Below, one piece after another: positions 29,279-37,794 of a stretch of DNA of 64,000 nt. Below the pieces are notes generated by a model. It was not told the DNA's origin. It ran no database searches and worked only from the letters and a program-made list of their open reading frames with translations. Position numbers and translations under genes: made by a program. Within the stretch, counting starts at the first letter, position 1. The number at the start of each line of letters is the position of its first letter. Origin of the DNA: Pseudomonadota bacterium (lineage in GTDB: Bacteria; Pseudomonadota; Alphaproteobacteria; Paracaedibacterales; CAITNM01); the NCBI GenBank assembly GCA_046309815.1, contig JBKCOJ010000005.1, forward strand, positions 97,404 to 161,403, read 5' to 3'.

Positions 29279-29929
29279 TTAACGATAATTTGGTTGATTG
29301 GTTGCAATCTGCCTTTCCACATAGGAAGAAGGACGCCTTCTATTTTGATCAACCTTTACACCACCCTGGTATTGATAAGCCTGCGGCGCCGCATAAGCAA
29401 TGCCAGCACCCATATTCACCATTCTTTCTGGATGACCTTGCATAGTAGCTGTCTCTGTTGGGATATGCTGACTACTAACTTCATCCGCTTTTTGATGTCC
29501 GCTATGAACACTTGTCGCAACAAAAAAGCCACTCAAGAAAAATATGCACCCAAGGAACATGAATGAAAATATAAGGGTAAAAAGTGTGGACTTACTCATA
29601 GTAAAAGCTATCACCTCAGTAATGTATATACGTTTAAATTCTTCCCAAAATGTCTCTCTAAGTTTTTTTCTTGGTAAATATGTCATTTTAGTCAAAGTTC
29701 TGGAAGGCATTTGGAAAGGTAAATTTGCGCCCCTCAAAGACTGAGCATATGGAGAATAATAATATCCCCCTCCATCTAATACTCTATTTGCCACTCTTTG
29801 TGGCTGACTTATGAAATTTGAAAAAGTTCGTGTAGCTAACAAAGATCGTCTTTTTAAGGGAAAATCCCATTGTGTTGTTGCCGATGGCTCTTGAAAATGC
29901 TCAAAACGTTTATAAGAACGAACCACCAA
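29279..29929 (-). CDS. Hypothetical single-pass membrane protein
   Basis: 216-aa ORF: basic N-terminal half, one strong TM segment (LFTLIFSFMFLGCIFFLSGFFVA), and a Q/Y/G-rich C-terminal tail. No recognisable family. Confidence 0.5.
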   Translation of the reverse strand: MVVRSYKRFEHFQEPSATTQWDFPLKRRSLLATRTFSNFISQPQRVANRVLDGGGYYYSPYAQSLRGANLPFQMPSRTLTKMTYLPRKKLRETFWEEFKRIYITEVIAFTMSKSTLFTLIFSFMFLGCIFFLSGFFVATSVHSGHQKADEVSSQHIPTETATMQGHPERMVNMGAGIAYAAPQAYQYQGGVKVDQNRRRPSSYVERQIATNQPNYR

Positions 29930-30039
29930 ATGCTTCCAGTGATATTTTATTTAATTTTAACACAAATTTTATGCATTATAGTAGTAAAAATTTTCCTATT
30001 ATCTCTAAACAAATTAAAAATGCTTACAACCCACCATAA

Positions 30040-30762
30040 TCATAAAGAAAAATTTTCACCTAAGTACACACGCCTAACATCAGGATGACTGATAATATGC
30101 GCTGAATCACCTTGTGTTAATACTTTGCCTTCCGCAATAATATAAGCCCTGTCAATAATATCGAGAGTCTCTCGCACGTTATGATCGGTAATAAGAATGC
30201 CAATATTGTGATTTTTCAATTTTGTAATGATGTCCTTTACATCCTGCACAGCTATAGGATCAATACCTGCTAATGGTTCATCTAAAAATAAGAAGTCTGG
30301 TTTAATGGCAAGAGAACGAGCTATCTCAACACGACGCCTTTCTCCACCAGACAAAGCAACAGAAGGCGCTTCTCGAAGATGAGTAATACCAAATTCATCG
30401 AGCAATTCCTCTAGACGCTCTTGCTGACGATCCGGATCTGACTCCACTCGTTCAAGCGCCGCAAGAATATTATCCTCAACATCCAGCCCTCTAAAAATCG
30501 AAGCATCTTGAGGTAAATAGCTAATACCCATTCGTGCTCGCTCATACATTGGGAGGTCAGTGATATTCTCGTCATCCAAAAAAATTGTGCCTGAATCAGG
30601 CATGATTAATCCCGTGATGACAGAAAAGCAGGTTGTTTTTCCTGCACCATTTGGACCAAGCAGCCCAACAGCCTCACCTGAATGCACAGATAAATCAATA
30701 CCTTTCAGCACCATGCGTTTTTGAAAAGTTTTAGTAAGTTTTTGAGCCTTGAGAGTCCTTAT
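30040..30762 (-). CDS. lptB: LPS export ABC transporter ATP-binding protein LptB (probable non-ATG start)
   Basis: Walker A GPNGAGKTT, signature LSGGERRRVEIAR, Walker B FLFLDEP. The conserved N-terminal strand (IRTLKAQKLTKTFQKR) lies upstream of the first ATG (30714). Confidence 0.9.
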   Translation of the reverse strand: MRTLKAQKLTKTFQKRMVLKGIDLSVHSGEAVGLLGPNGAGKTTCFSVITGLIMPDSGTIFLDDENITDLPMYERARMGISYLPQDASIFRGLDVEDNILAALERVESDPDRQQERLEELLDEFGITHLREAPSVALSGGERRRVEIARSLAIKPDFLFLDEPLAGIDPIAVQDVKDIITKLKNHNIGILITDHNVRETLDIIDRAYIIAEGKVLTQGDSAHIISHPDVRRVYLGENFSL

Positions 30763-30766
30763 TTTA

Positions 30767-31249
30767 TTATTCCTTATTTGGATAAATTATACAGCTTACT
30801 TGTTCTTGCTGATCTGTTTGCATTGTAAAAACATGCCTCTGAATGTCAAGAGTAGCTTCCTTACCATGCAACTCATTTTTATCTTGCAATAATTTAACAT
30901 CATCTCCAGTGCAAATAGCAGTATTTTGATCAAAATTATGAATGCATCTTGCAGCATAAAGCCTTGTATTTTTGTAATTTATTTCCACAGCTCCTTCCGC
31001 AATAGCTTTTATTAGATTTCCGTGGTCATCGAAGATTACATGCAAATTATCCGCTTTTAAAATTACTTGCGCTCCCTTGACTATATAGCGCAAAACCACA
31101 CTGCCTTTTGCATCTGCTTCTTTCTGCGATGTGCTATACTCCATATTTTCAGCATTGATCTGAATGTTATCTGCTATATCATTTTTGCTTACCATTTCTT
31201 CGCAAAAACAAGAAGCCATACAAAGAATTACAAGGAAAGCTCTCTTCAT
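30767..31249 (-). CDS. lptA: LPS transport periplasmic protein LptA (OstA-N fold)
   Basis: Signal peptide, 160 aa, OstA-like beta-jellyroll pattern, immediately upstream of lptB. Confidence 0.8.
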   Translation of the reverse strand: MKRAFLVILCMASCFCEEMVSKNDIADNIQINAENMEYSTSQKEADAKGSVVLRYIVKGAQVILKADNLHVIFDDHGNLIKAIAEGAVEINYKNTRLYAARCIHNFDQNTAICTGDDVKLLQDKNELHGKEATLDIQRHVFTMQTDQQEQVSCIIYPNKE

Positions 31250-31289
31250 TAATCTTGCATTATATATTTATTTTTCCAGTGTACCTAAT

Positions 31290-31799
31290 TTATGAATCAA
31301 GTTGAAATGAAATAGGTACTTCAAAGGAAGTCTTTTTATCTGCAGAGGTAAATTTCCAAGTTTTAAGCGCTACAATAATTGCTTCTTCAAATATTTCTTT
31401 TTGACCTTTCAGGGTACTAATTTCAATTAATTCAACCACTCCGTTTTCATTCACCAACATTTTTACGAGAAAAAAACCTTCTATTCCTTCACTTTTCGCT
31501 TGAGCAGGATAAGCAGGTGCCGGATTATAAATAATTTTTGCTACATCGACATTCGAATCCGTTACACTAGAGCTTGCCACTTCTTTAATTTTTTTGTGAT
31601 CAGACCTTTGCAACAAAGAGCTATTTTCAGTAATAGCGAACTTTTGTTGGTCTGCTGGCTTATTTTGAGAATCTATCCATTTAATAGAAAAACTGTTTGG
31701 CTCTGAGTATTTTGAACCTGTTATGTATTGACTAATTGAAATAGCCAACAACCCATGCAGCAGAATAGATCCAAGGAATATAAATCGCATTTTTACCAT
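31290..31799 (-). CDS. tonB: Energy transducer TonB (short form)
   Basis: N-terminal TM with SxxxH (GSILLHGLL); C-terminal TonB domain PAPAYPAQAKSEGIEGFFLVKMLVNENGVV. ATGGTAA overlap with the receptor stop. Confidence 0.85.
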   Translation of the reverse strand: MVKMRFIFLGSILLHGLLAISISQYITGSKYSEPNSFSIKWIDSQNKPADQQKFAITENSSLLQRSDHKKIKEVASSSVTDSNVDVAKIIYNPAPAYPAQAKSEGIEGFFLVKMLVNENGVVELIEISTLKGQKEIFEEAIIVALKTWKFTSADKKTSFEVPISFQLDS

Positions 31800-33574
31800 G
31801 TAATACTCACTCCTGTATTAATTTGGAATCCAGGGTTTCTGTATCCAATTGGATTTTCAATTTTTCTATTAAATGCATTTTCAATATTCACAAACCATGT
31901 GGCATGTTCTTTGAATTTATATTGAATATCTCCAAAGCAAACAGGATATCCTCCTCGCTTAATTCCAACTGTGTATTGTTCGAAATCTGGTTGAACTTGT
32001 GTTCCTGTATAACGACAACCAAATCCTACTGTTAGATCATCTTGCTCATAAATAATTTTACCATTTGCGGAAGTTCTAGGGACATTTAGAAGTCGCCTTT
32101 TAGGATTCAAGCTCACGGAATCTACATACATACCCGATAATTCCATCATCCATGCCTTATTAATCTTTTTTTTCCATCCTATTTCAAAACCTTCTTGCCT
32201 AGATTTATTGATATTTTGATATTTTTGATTTTGCTGAACTATTTGATGTTTATAGTTCGTTTTAAAAACAAGCACACTAAATGTTCCTAAAATTGTATGC
32301 TGAGAAATCCCTAAATTCCCACCATAAGCCGATTCGTGTTTTAGGTTTTTGTTGCCATGCTTCTTATCATTTAACTTATACAAATCCGGTATATTAAATC
32401 CTGTGCCAAAATGAGCAGATAATTCAGTATCATTATAATTTTTCAATACACTTGAGCTTATAGCATAAATGGTATCATAATGATTTGCTTTGTGAGCACG
32501 AACCCAATTTTTCCATTTAAAAGTATCCTTATCTAGATGAATGCCCTGAACAAATGCGTACTCGTCATTTTTTTTCTGATTAACACCTGAAGTATTCCAA
32601 ACATTATGATGATATTCAAGAAGAGGCTCAAAAAGCAGTATATCCCTTTTTATTTTTACACCAGTTTTTATTTTGCTATTTTCAGGACCATATGTGCTTG
32701 CGCTATTACCATTTTGGTAAGGTGAAAAATCTTGAGAGATAAGTTTCGTTTTTAAGATTTTTAAAAAAGGTTGAGCCTTCTCATTTATTCCTTCTAAATC
32801 AAGAGCATAAATCTGTAATGTTCTTTTTGAACGAGAATCACAAAAAGTAAATAGATTTGAATGAGAAATATTACTTCCTGTGGAGGTCGATTTAAGTAAT
32901 CCAATTTGCAATTTTCCTTTTGCGTGGTGATTTTGAAAACTAAGTTGATTTAAAAAATATCCCTTATCTGTTTCAGAACTTTTTACGGTTGAATACTTTC
33001 CTTGATACCTTTTAGGAATGGTATTTTTACCATGAAATATATTTTTTTCTAAATGTTGTTGCAAAGAAAAACCATCTTTTGTTTTTTGGCGCCACCAAAG
33101 ATGTCCCGATTGTATATAATTGCCACCACTTAATTTTAGGCCACCTTCTTGCTCTTCAGGCATTGAAAAAGGAAGTATATTAACAACACCACCTATTGCT
33201 ATATTTCCATATTCAGCACAATGCACCCCTTTTATCACTTCAACTTTTCCTGTTGAGAAAGGAATTAAAGATGCATCAACCATCGATTCACTCAGGCTTA
33301 ACCCATTCCATAACACTCTATTGTAATCTGTAGGTGCCCCTTGAATCTTAATAGATGTCAATTGCCCAGGATTACCTGTTGTCGTTGTATTAACACCTGA
33401 AATACTTTGGAGTTGCTGTTCTTCAAATCCTGGTATTGTCGCCTGATCAGTTGTTAATGTTTCAATGAATTTCCAAGTAGATACATCTTTTTTTGCACTT
33501 ACAATAATTGGAGATAAAGAAACAGTCGCGGCAGTCACAGATGCTGTCAGCACCTTAAACAATAAAAAGCGCAT
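31793..33574 (-). CDS. btuB: TonB-dependent outer-membrane receptor, BtuB-like (cobalamin)
   Basis: Signal peptide, TonB-box-like SPIIVSA, plug plus 22-strand-barrel size (593 aa), aromatic C-terminus, and a cobalamin riboswitch in its leader. Confidence 0.85.
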   Translation of the reverse strand: MRFLLFKVLTASVTAATVSLSPIIVSAKKDVSTWKFIETLTTDQATIPGFEEQQLQSISGVNTTTTGNPGQLTSIKIQGAPTDYNRVLWNGLSLSESMVDASLIPFSTGKVEVIKGVHCAEYGNIAIGGVVNILPFSMPEEQEGGLKLSGGNYIQSGHLWWRQKTKDGFSLQQHLEKNIFHGKNTIPKRYQGKYSTVKSSETDKGYFLNQLSFQNHHAKGKLQIGLLKSTSTGSNISHSNLFTFCDSRSKRTLQIYALDLEGINEKAQPFLKILKTKLISQDFSPYQNGNSASTYGPENSKIKTGVKIKRDILLFEPLLEYHHNVWNTSGVNQKKNDEYAFVQGIHLDKDTFKWKNWVRAHKANHYDTIYAISSSVLKNYNDTELSAHFGTGFNIPDLYKLNDKKHGNKNLKHESAYGGNLGISQHTILGTFSVLVFKTNYKHQIVQQNQKYQNINKSRQEGFEIGWKKKINKAWMMELSGMYVDSVSLNPKRRLLNVPRTSANGKIIYEQDDLTVGFGCRYTGTQVQPDFEQYTVGIKRGGYPVCFGDIQYKFKEHATWFVNIENAFNRKIENPIGYRNPGFQINTGVSITW

Positions 33575-33599
33575 AAATTACCCTTTAGGTTAGCGTTCA

Positions 33600-33800
33600 C
33601 ATAGCGCATCACCCGTAGGGCTTCCCTTCTTGACCAACCGCGCGGATCCAGAAAAAGTGATACTCTTTTTGCAGGTTTCCTGGCTTGTTGATCGTTGCTA
33701 ACACTTAACCTTCCCAGATTGCTCCAGTGGTATTTAAAGCGCGCTCCCAACGTACAGTTGCGGCGGACAGCTTGGGATTTTAACCCAATTCCCTAACACA
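33600..33800 (-). promoter_or_regulatory. Cobalamin (B12) riboswitch
   Basis: The minus strand reads TTAGGGAATTGGGTTAAAATCCCAAGCTGTCCGCCGCAACTGTA...CCACTGGAGCAATCTGGGAAGG...AAGCCAGGAAACCTGC. It contains the conserved core elements and the B12 box and sits directly upstream of the btuB-like gene. Confidence 0.9.
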
Positions 33801-33849
33801 AAAAGTTCTTAAAACCTAAAATGAAAAAACGTGACTGTCAAGCAGCCAC

Positions 33850-35037
33850 CTAACAATATTGCCCAGCAACATATCCTGATGACCAAGCCCACTGAAAATT
33901 ATAACCGCCAAGCCATCCTGTTACATCAACCACTTCGCCAATAAAAAACAACCCTGGAATTTTTTTACTTTCCATTGTTTTTGAGGATAATTCATCTGTA
34001 TCGATGCCTCCTATAGTGACCTCAGCTTTTTGATAGCCCTCACTTCCATTAATTGGCACTCTAAACTGATGAAGTGAATCAGCAATGTTTAACAAGATAC
34101 TATTTTTAAGATCTGTAATGCTCCGATCAAAATCAGCTGTAGCCATAGCTTCCACCAAACGGCTTGGCAAATAATTTTTCAAAAAATTCGCGACTGTTTG
34201 TTTGCTATTCTTATGCGTTATGAATTCTTGTTTTAAATCCATATCAGGCAACAGATTAATCAGGATTTCTGTTTGTGAGAATTTTTCTAAATACGATGAA
34301 ATTTGCAAAATTGCAGGGCCACTTAATCCACGGTGCGTAAATAAAATATTCTCTCGAAACTGTGCCCCTTTATAGGTGACTAATGAATCTTGTGAAACAC
34401 CACTAAGTTTTGCGCACATTACAAGCTTTGGATTATCGACCTTTAATGGCACCAAGGCTGGCTGTGTGGCTAAAACTTTCATACCAAATTGCCGTGCAAT
34501 CTTATAACCAAAATCAGATGCCCCAATTTGTGGAATAGAAAGCCCACCTGTTGCAATAACTACAGAATTTGCCTCAATAATTCCATCTGAAGTTGCAAGC
34601 ACAAATCGATCATTTTTCTCAATTGATTCTACAGAACAATTTGGACGAACATCCACTTGGCCTTTTTGGCATTCACTCAACATCATGTTGATAATTTGCT
34701 TCGATGATCCATCGCAAAACAATTGCCCTAATGTCTTTTCGTGATAGGCAATGTCATATGATTCAACGAGCTTAATAAAATCATGCTGTGTATAACGCGC
34801 CAGTGCGGATTTTATAAAATGCTTGTTGTTGCAAATATAGTTTTTAGGTGATGCAAATAAATTTGTGAAATTACATCGTCCTCCACCAGATATACGAATT
34901 TTTTCTCCAATTTTGGAAGTATGTTCAATAAGTATAACACGTCTACCTCGTTTACTAGCAGCTACTGCCGCCATCAATCCAGCCGCACCTCCCCCAATGA
35001 CAACAACATCACATGATACTTTTGAAGAAGAGCTCAA
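33850..35037 (-). CDS. NAD(P)/FAD-dependent oxidoreductase, HI0933/YhiN (BaiN-like) family
   Basis: VVVIGGGAAGLMAA...GEKIRISGGGRCNFTN and C-terminal GEVVDVTGWLGGYNFQWAWSSG. Confidence 0.88.
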   Translation of the reverse strand: MSSSSKVSCDVVVIGGGAAGLMAAVAASKRGRRVILIEHTSKIGEKIRISGGGRCNFTNLFASPKNYICNNKHFIKSALARYTQHDFIKLVESYDIAYHEKTLGQLFCDGSSKQIINMMLSECQKGQVDVRPNCSVESIEKNDRFVLATSDGIIEANSVVIATGGLSIPQIGASDFGYKIARQFGMKVLATQPALVPLKVDNPKLVMCAKLSGVSQDSLVTYKGAQFRENILFTHRGLSGPAILQISSYLEKFSQTEILINLLPDMDLKQEFITHKNSKQTVANFLKNYLPSRLVEAMATADFDRSITDLKNSILLNIADSLHQFRVPINGSEGYQKAEVTIGGIDTDELSSKTMESKKIPGLFFIGEVVDVTGWLGGYNFQWAWSSGYVAGQYC

Positions 35038-35681
35038 GCAACAACCTTCTCTTCTTCATCTATTAAATATTTCCCTTTTAAATAAAGAGATTCATTGATT
35101 TCACGCAATCTCAATTCGAAGTATCCAGAATTTAGTGGCTTTAAATGCAGACCTTTTGTAATTGCCACAAGCTCTTTAAAAAATGAATCGCTTGACATAA
35201 ATTTTTTTGCTTCAAATTCAACAAAGGTACCTAGATCCGAAAACTTATCAACCGCAACAATAAATGTTTCATCTTCATAAATATCACGTATTTTTTGCAG
35301 CACCATAAGTGATTGCAGATTATTTGCTCTCAAAAATTCTTCAAACGTATATGGATGAGGGCATTTGATGGATATTATCTTTTGCAGGGTTTCAATAATA
35401 GAAATAGTAGAGCTTTCAAACGGAAGTTCAATATTATATTCATGACAACTAGCACCATATTCCACATTATGTGAGCCTAGATGTTCAGGATTAAATTTAA
35501 AATCAAGCGATTTTCCATTTCGCACACGTATATAAATTCCATCTTGATAGAATAAACCATCGGGCGTGTCTAAATACTCATCACTAATAACTTTTGAAGA
35601 AGTAAACTTTTTGCTTACCAAAAAATCTTTTAAATCTTCCAACACATAAAATCGCTTTTCTATTTCAACCGGATTATCCAT
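35034..35681 (-). CDS. CYTH-domain protein (class IV adenylyl cyclase / triphosphatase-like)
   Basis: N-terminal EIEKRF (ExExK) motif, 215 aa, 4-nt overlap with the downstream flavoprotein gene. Confidence 0.65.
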   Translation of the reverse strand: MDNPVEIEKRFYVLEDLKDFLVSKKFTSSKVISDEYLDTPDGLFYQDGIYIRVRNGKSLDFKFNPEHLGSHNVEYGASCHEYNIELPFESSTISIIETLQKIISIKCPHPYTFEEFLRANNLQSLMVLQKIRDIYEDETFIVAVDKFSDLGTFVEFEAKKFMSSDSFFKELVAITKGLHLKPLNSGYFELRLREINESLYLKGKYLIDEEEKVVA

Positions 35682-35700
35682 TTCAATCCTTCGCTCTAAT

Positions 35701-35728
35701 AAAAAAGCAGCCGAAATAATCCGGCTGC
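35701..35728 (-). terminator. Rho-independent terminator after the rhodanese gene
   Basis: Minus strand GCAGCCGGATTATTTCGGCTGC followed by T6. Confidence 0.8.
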
Positions 35729-35748
35729 TAAAGCAAAGTTATTCTTAC

Positions 35749-36183
35749 TTATTCGTGTTCGTCAACAGGCTTATTGTTTTCGGTCCATTCCTCAATACCA
35801 CCTGCATAATGGCCAATATTTGTATAGCCAAGCCCAACTAAACGTTCTGCCAATGTCATACTTGCTGGACATTTTACATTCCCGCAATACACAATAATTG
35901 CAGCATTCTTATCTTTTAAGGTCTTTTTTATTTCTTTATCATCTGCATTCGCTGCTATAAAGATGGCGCCTTTAATTTTCTTTTTACCATTACCACGCGC
36001 GTCAATAATAATAGATTTTCCAAGCACTTGCTCAACTTCGTCCATTGTTTTCTCAGAAATGGTTGGCGAAGCTTTTTCACTGCTTGCTACTTTTGTATCA
36101 GCTGCTGCAGAAAGATCAGCCCCAACAATTGCAGCCACTACCAAACCAATTACAGAAAGTAAACGAATCATCATTGCACTCAT
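35749..36183 (-). CDS. Secreted rhodanese-like (sulfurtransferase) domain protein
   Basis: Signal peptide MSAMMIRLLSVIGLVVAAIVGA; rhodanese core IIVYCGNVKCPAS...GGIEEW with an active-site Cys loop. Confidence 0.75.
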   Translation of the reverse strand: MSAMMIRLLSVIGLVVAAIVGADLSAAADTKVASSEKASPTISEKTMDEVEQVLGKSIIIDARGNGKKKIKGAIFIAANADDKEIKKTLKDKNAAIIVYCGNVKCPASMTLAERLVGLGYTNIGHYAGGIEEWTENNKPVDEHE

Positions 36184-36279
36184 AAAAACTCCTCTAAAGA
36201 TAAATGCGACTTTCCATAGCATTAAAAGACAAAATCAGGCTAAAATCAATCAAATAAAGATTAGCAATCAGTAAAGTTA

Positions 36280-37794
36280 GTGAACCGTAAAGTTGTTTTA
36301 TGTATTCTTGATGGCTGGGGTATTAGCTCAGACAATTCTTATAATGGAATTAAAGCAGCAAAATATTGGCCGAGCATTTTAAGAAAATATCCTAACACTC
36401 AGCTACAGGCATCTGACCATTACGTTGGCCTCCCCGATGGACAAATGGGTAATAGCGAGGTAGGGCACATGACAATTGGTTTAGGGCGTGTCGTGATGCA
36501 AGATTTACCAAAAATTGATCATGCAATCGCTGAGAAAAACTTTGAACAAAATTCAATAGTTCAAAATGCTATTAAGCAACTAAAAAAAACTCAAAAGCCT
36601 TGCCATGTAATGGGTTTACTATCACCAGGTGGCGTGCATTCGCACATGAATCATATGATTTATGTTGTAAAGCTTTTAAGTGAGGCCGGCATTTTTGTTC
36701 ATGTACATGGATTCCTAGATGGCCGAGATACATCACCCAAAAGCGCTAAAAAGTATATAAAGCAATTTTTAGATGCCACTAAAAATTATCCGGATATTCA
36801 TTTGTCCTCCTTATGTGGTCGTTATTTTTCAATGGACCGTGATAACAGATGGGAGAGAACAGAGCTTGCTTATCAAGGAATTGTGCAGGCAAAAGCCCCA
36901 AGATTTTCCTCTCCTCTTGAAGCTATTCAAAGTAATTATGAACAAAACATAACAGACGAATTCATCACGCCTATAATTTCAGAATCATACGTTGGCATGC
37001 AAGATGGTGATGGCCTTTGGATGATTAATTTCCGATCAGATCGAGTTCGACAAATTTTACGCAGTTTATTGTCTGTTGATTTTGACAAATTCAAGAGAGA
37101 AAAAATTGTTCATTTTGGCACTACTTTAGCGATGAATGAGTATGCTCTAGATCTTACGCCTTTGATCCCTTCAATATTCGAAAAAAGTACCGTCAATCAA
37201 AGCCTAGGCGAGATAATTTCAAATTTGGGCTTAAAACAATTACGCATTGCAGAAACCGAGAAATATGCTCATGTGACATTCTTTTTAAACGGTGGCCAAG
37301 AATCTCCTTTTAAAAATGAGGAACGTATCCTTATACCTTCTCCCGAAGTTTCCACATACGATTTAAAACCCGAGATGTCAGCTCAGGAAGTGACGCATGC
37401 CGTTACAAGCGCAATGGAACGAGAAGATCTTAGCTTAATTGTAGTCAATTATGCTAATGCAGATATGGTAGGACATACAGGAAACATAGAGGCTGTAGAT
37501 CATGCAATAGAATGTATTGATGAATGCTTAAAATCGCTAGAAGAAAAAGCTTTCAAAAATAACTGGGCACTTGTTGTAACCGCAGATCATGGTAATGCAG
37601 AATGCATGCGAGAAGAAGATGAGTTAACAATGCACACAGCACATACTTGCAATCCCGTGCCGTTTGTAATGATTAATTCAAATGAAACAGGATTCTTAAA
37701 ACCTGGATCGCTTGCTGATATAGCTCCTACCATTTTAAAAATTATGAATATTGAACAGCCAAAAGAGATGACTGGAAAATCGCTATTATGCTGA
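36280..37794 (+). CDS. gpmI: 2,3-bisphosphoglycerate-independent phosphoglycerate mutase
   Basis: VVLCILDGWGI, NSEVGHMTIG and ADHGNAE motifs; GTG start. Confidence 0.95.
   Translation: MNRKVVLCILDGWGISSDNSYNGIKAAKYWPSILRKYPNTQLQASDHYVGLPDGQMGNSEVGHMTIGLGRVVMQDLPKIDHAIAEKNFEQNSIVQNAIKQLKKTQKPCHVMGLLSPGGVHSHMNHMIYVVKLLSEAGIFVHVHGFLDGRDTSPKSAKKYIKQFLDATKNYPDIHLSSLCGRYFSMDRDNRWERTELAYQGIVQAKAPRFSSPLEAIQSNYEQNITDEFITPIISESYVGMQDGDGLWMINFRSDRVRQILRSLLSVDFDKFKREKIVHFGTTLAMNEYALDLTPLIPSIFEKSTVNQSLGEIISNLGLKQLRIAETEKYAHVTFFLNGGQESPFKNEERILIPSPEVSTYDLKPEMSAQEVTHAVTSAMEREDLSLIVVNYANADMVGHTGNIEAVDHAIECIDECLKSLEEKAFKNNWALVVTADHGNAECMREEDELTMHTAHTCNPVPFVMINSNETGFLKPGSLADIAPTILKIMNIEQPKEMTGKSLLC

Noticed and set aside
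29168-29566. 132-aa plus-strand ORF, and other short antisense ORFs listed in the track (for example 957-1190, 1346-1603, 4184-4559, 17825-18196, 44927-45349, 51231-51593, 54630-54962)
   Set aside because: Each is nested antisense in a well-supported gene. They have no motifs and their lengths are typical of chance ORFs.
33547-33750. 67-aa minus-strand ORF in the btuB leader
   Set aside because: It lies entirely within the cobalamin riboswitch and expression platform, so the sequence is explained by the RNA element.
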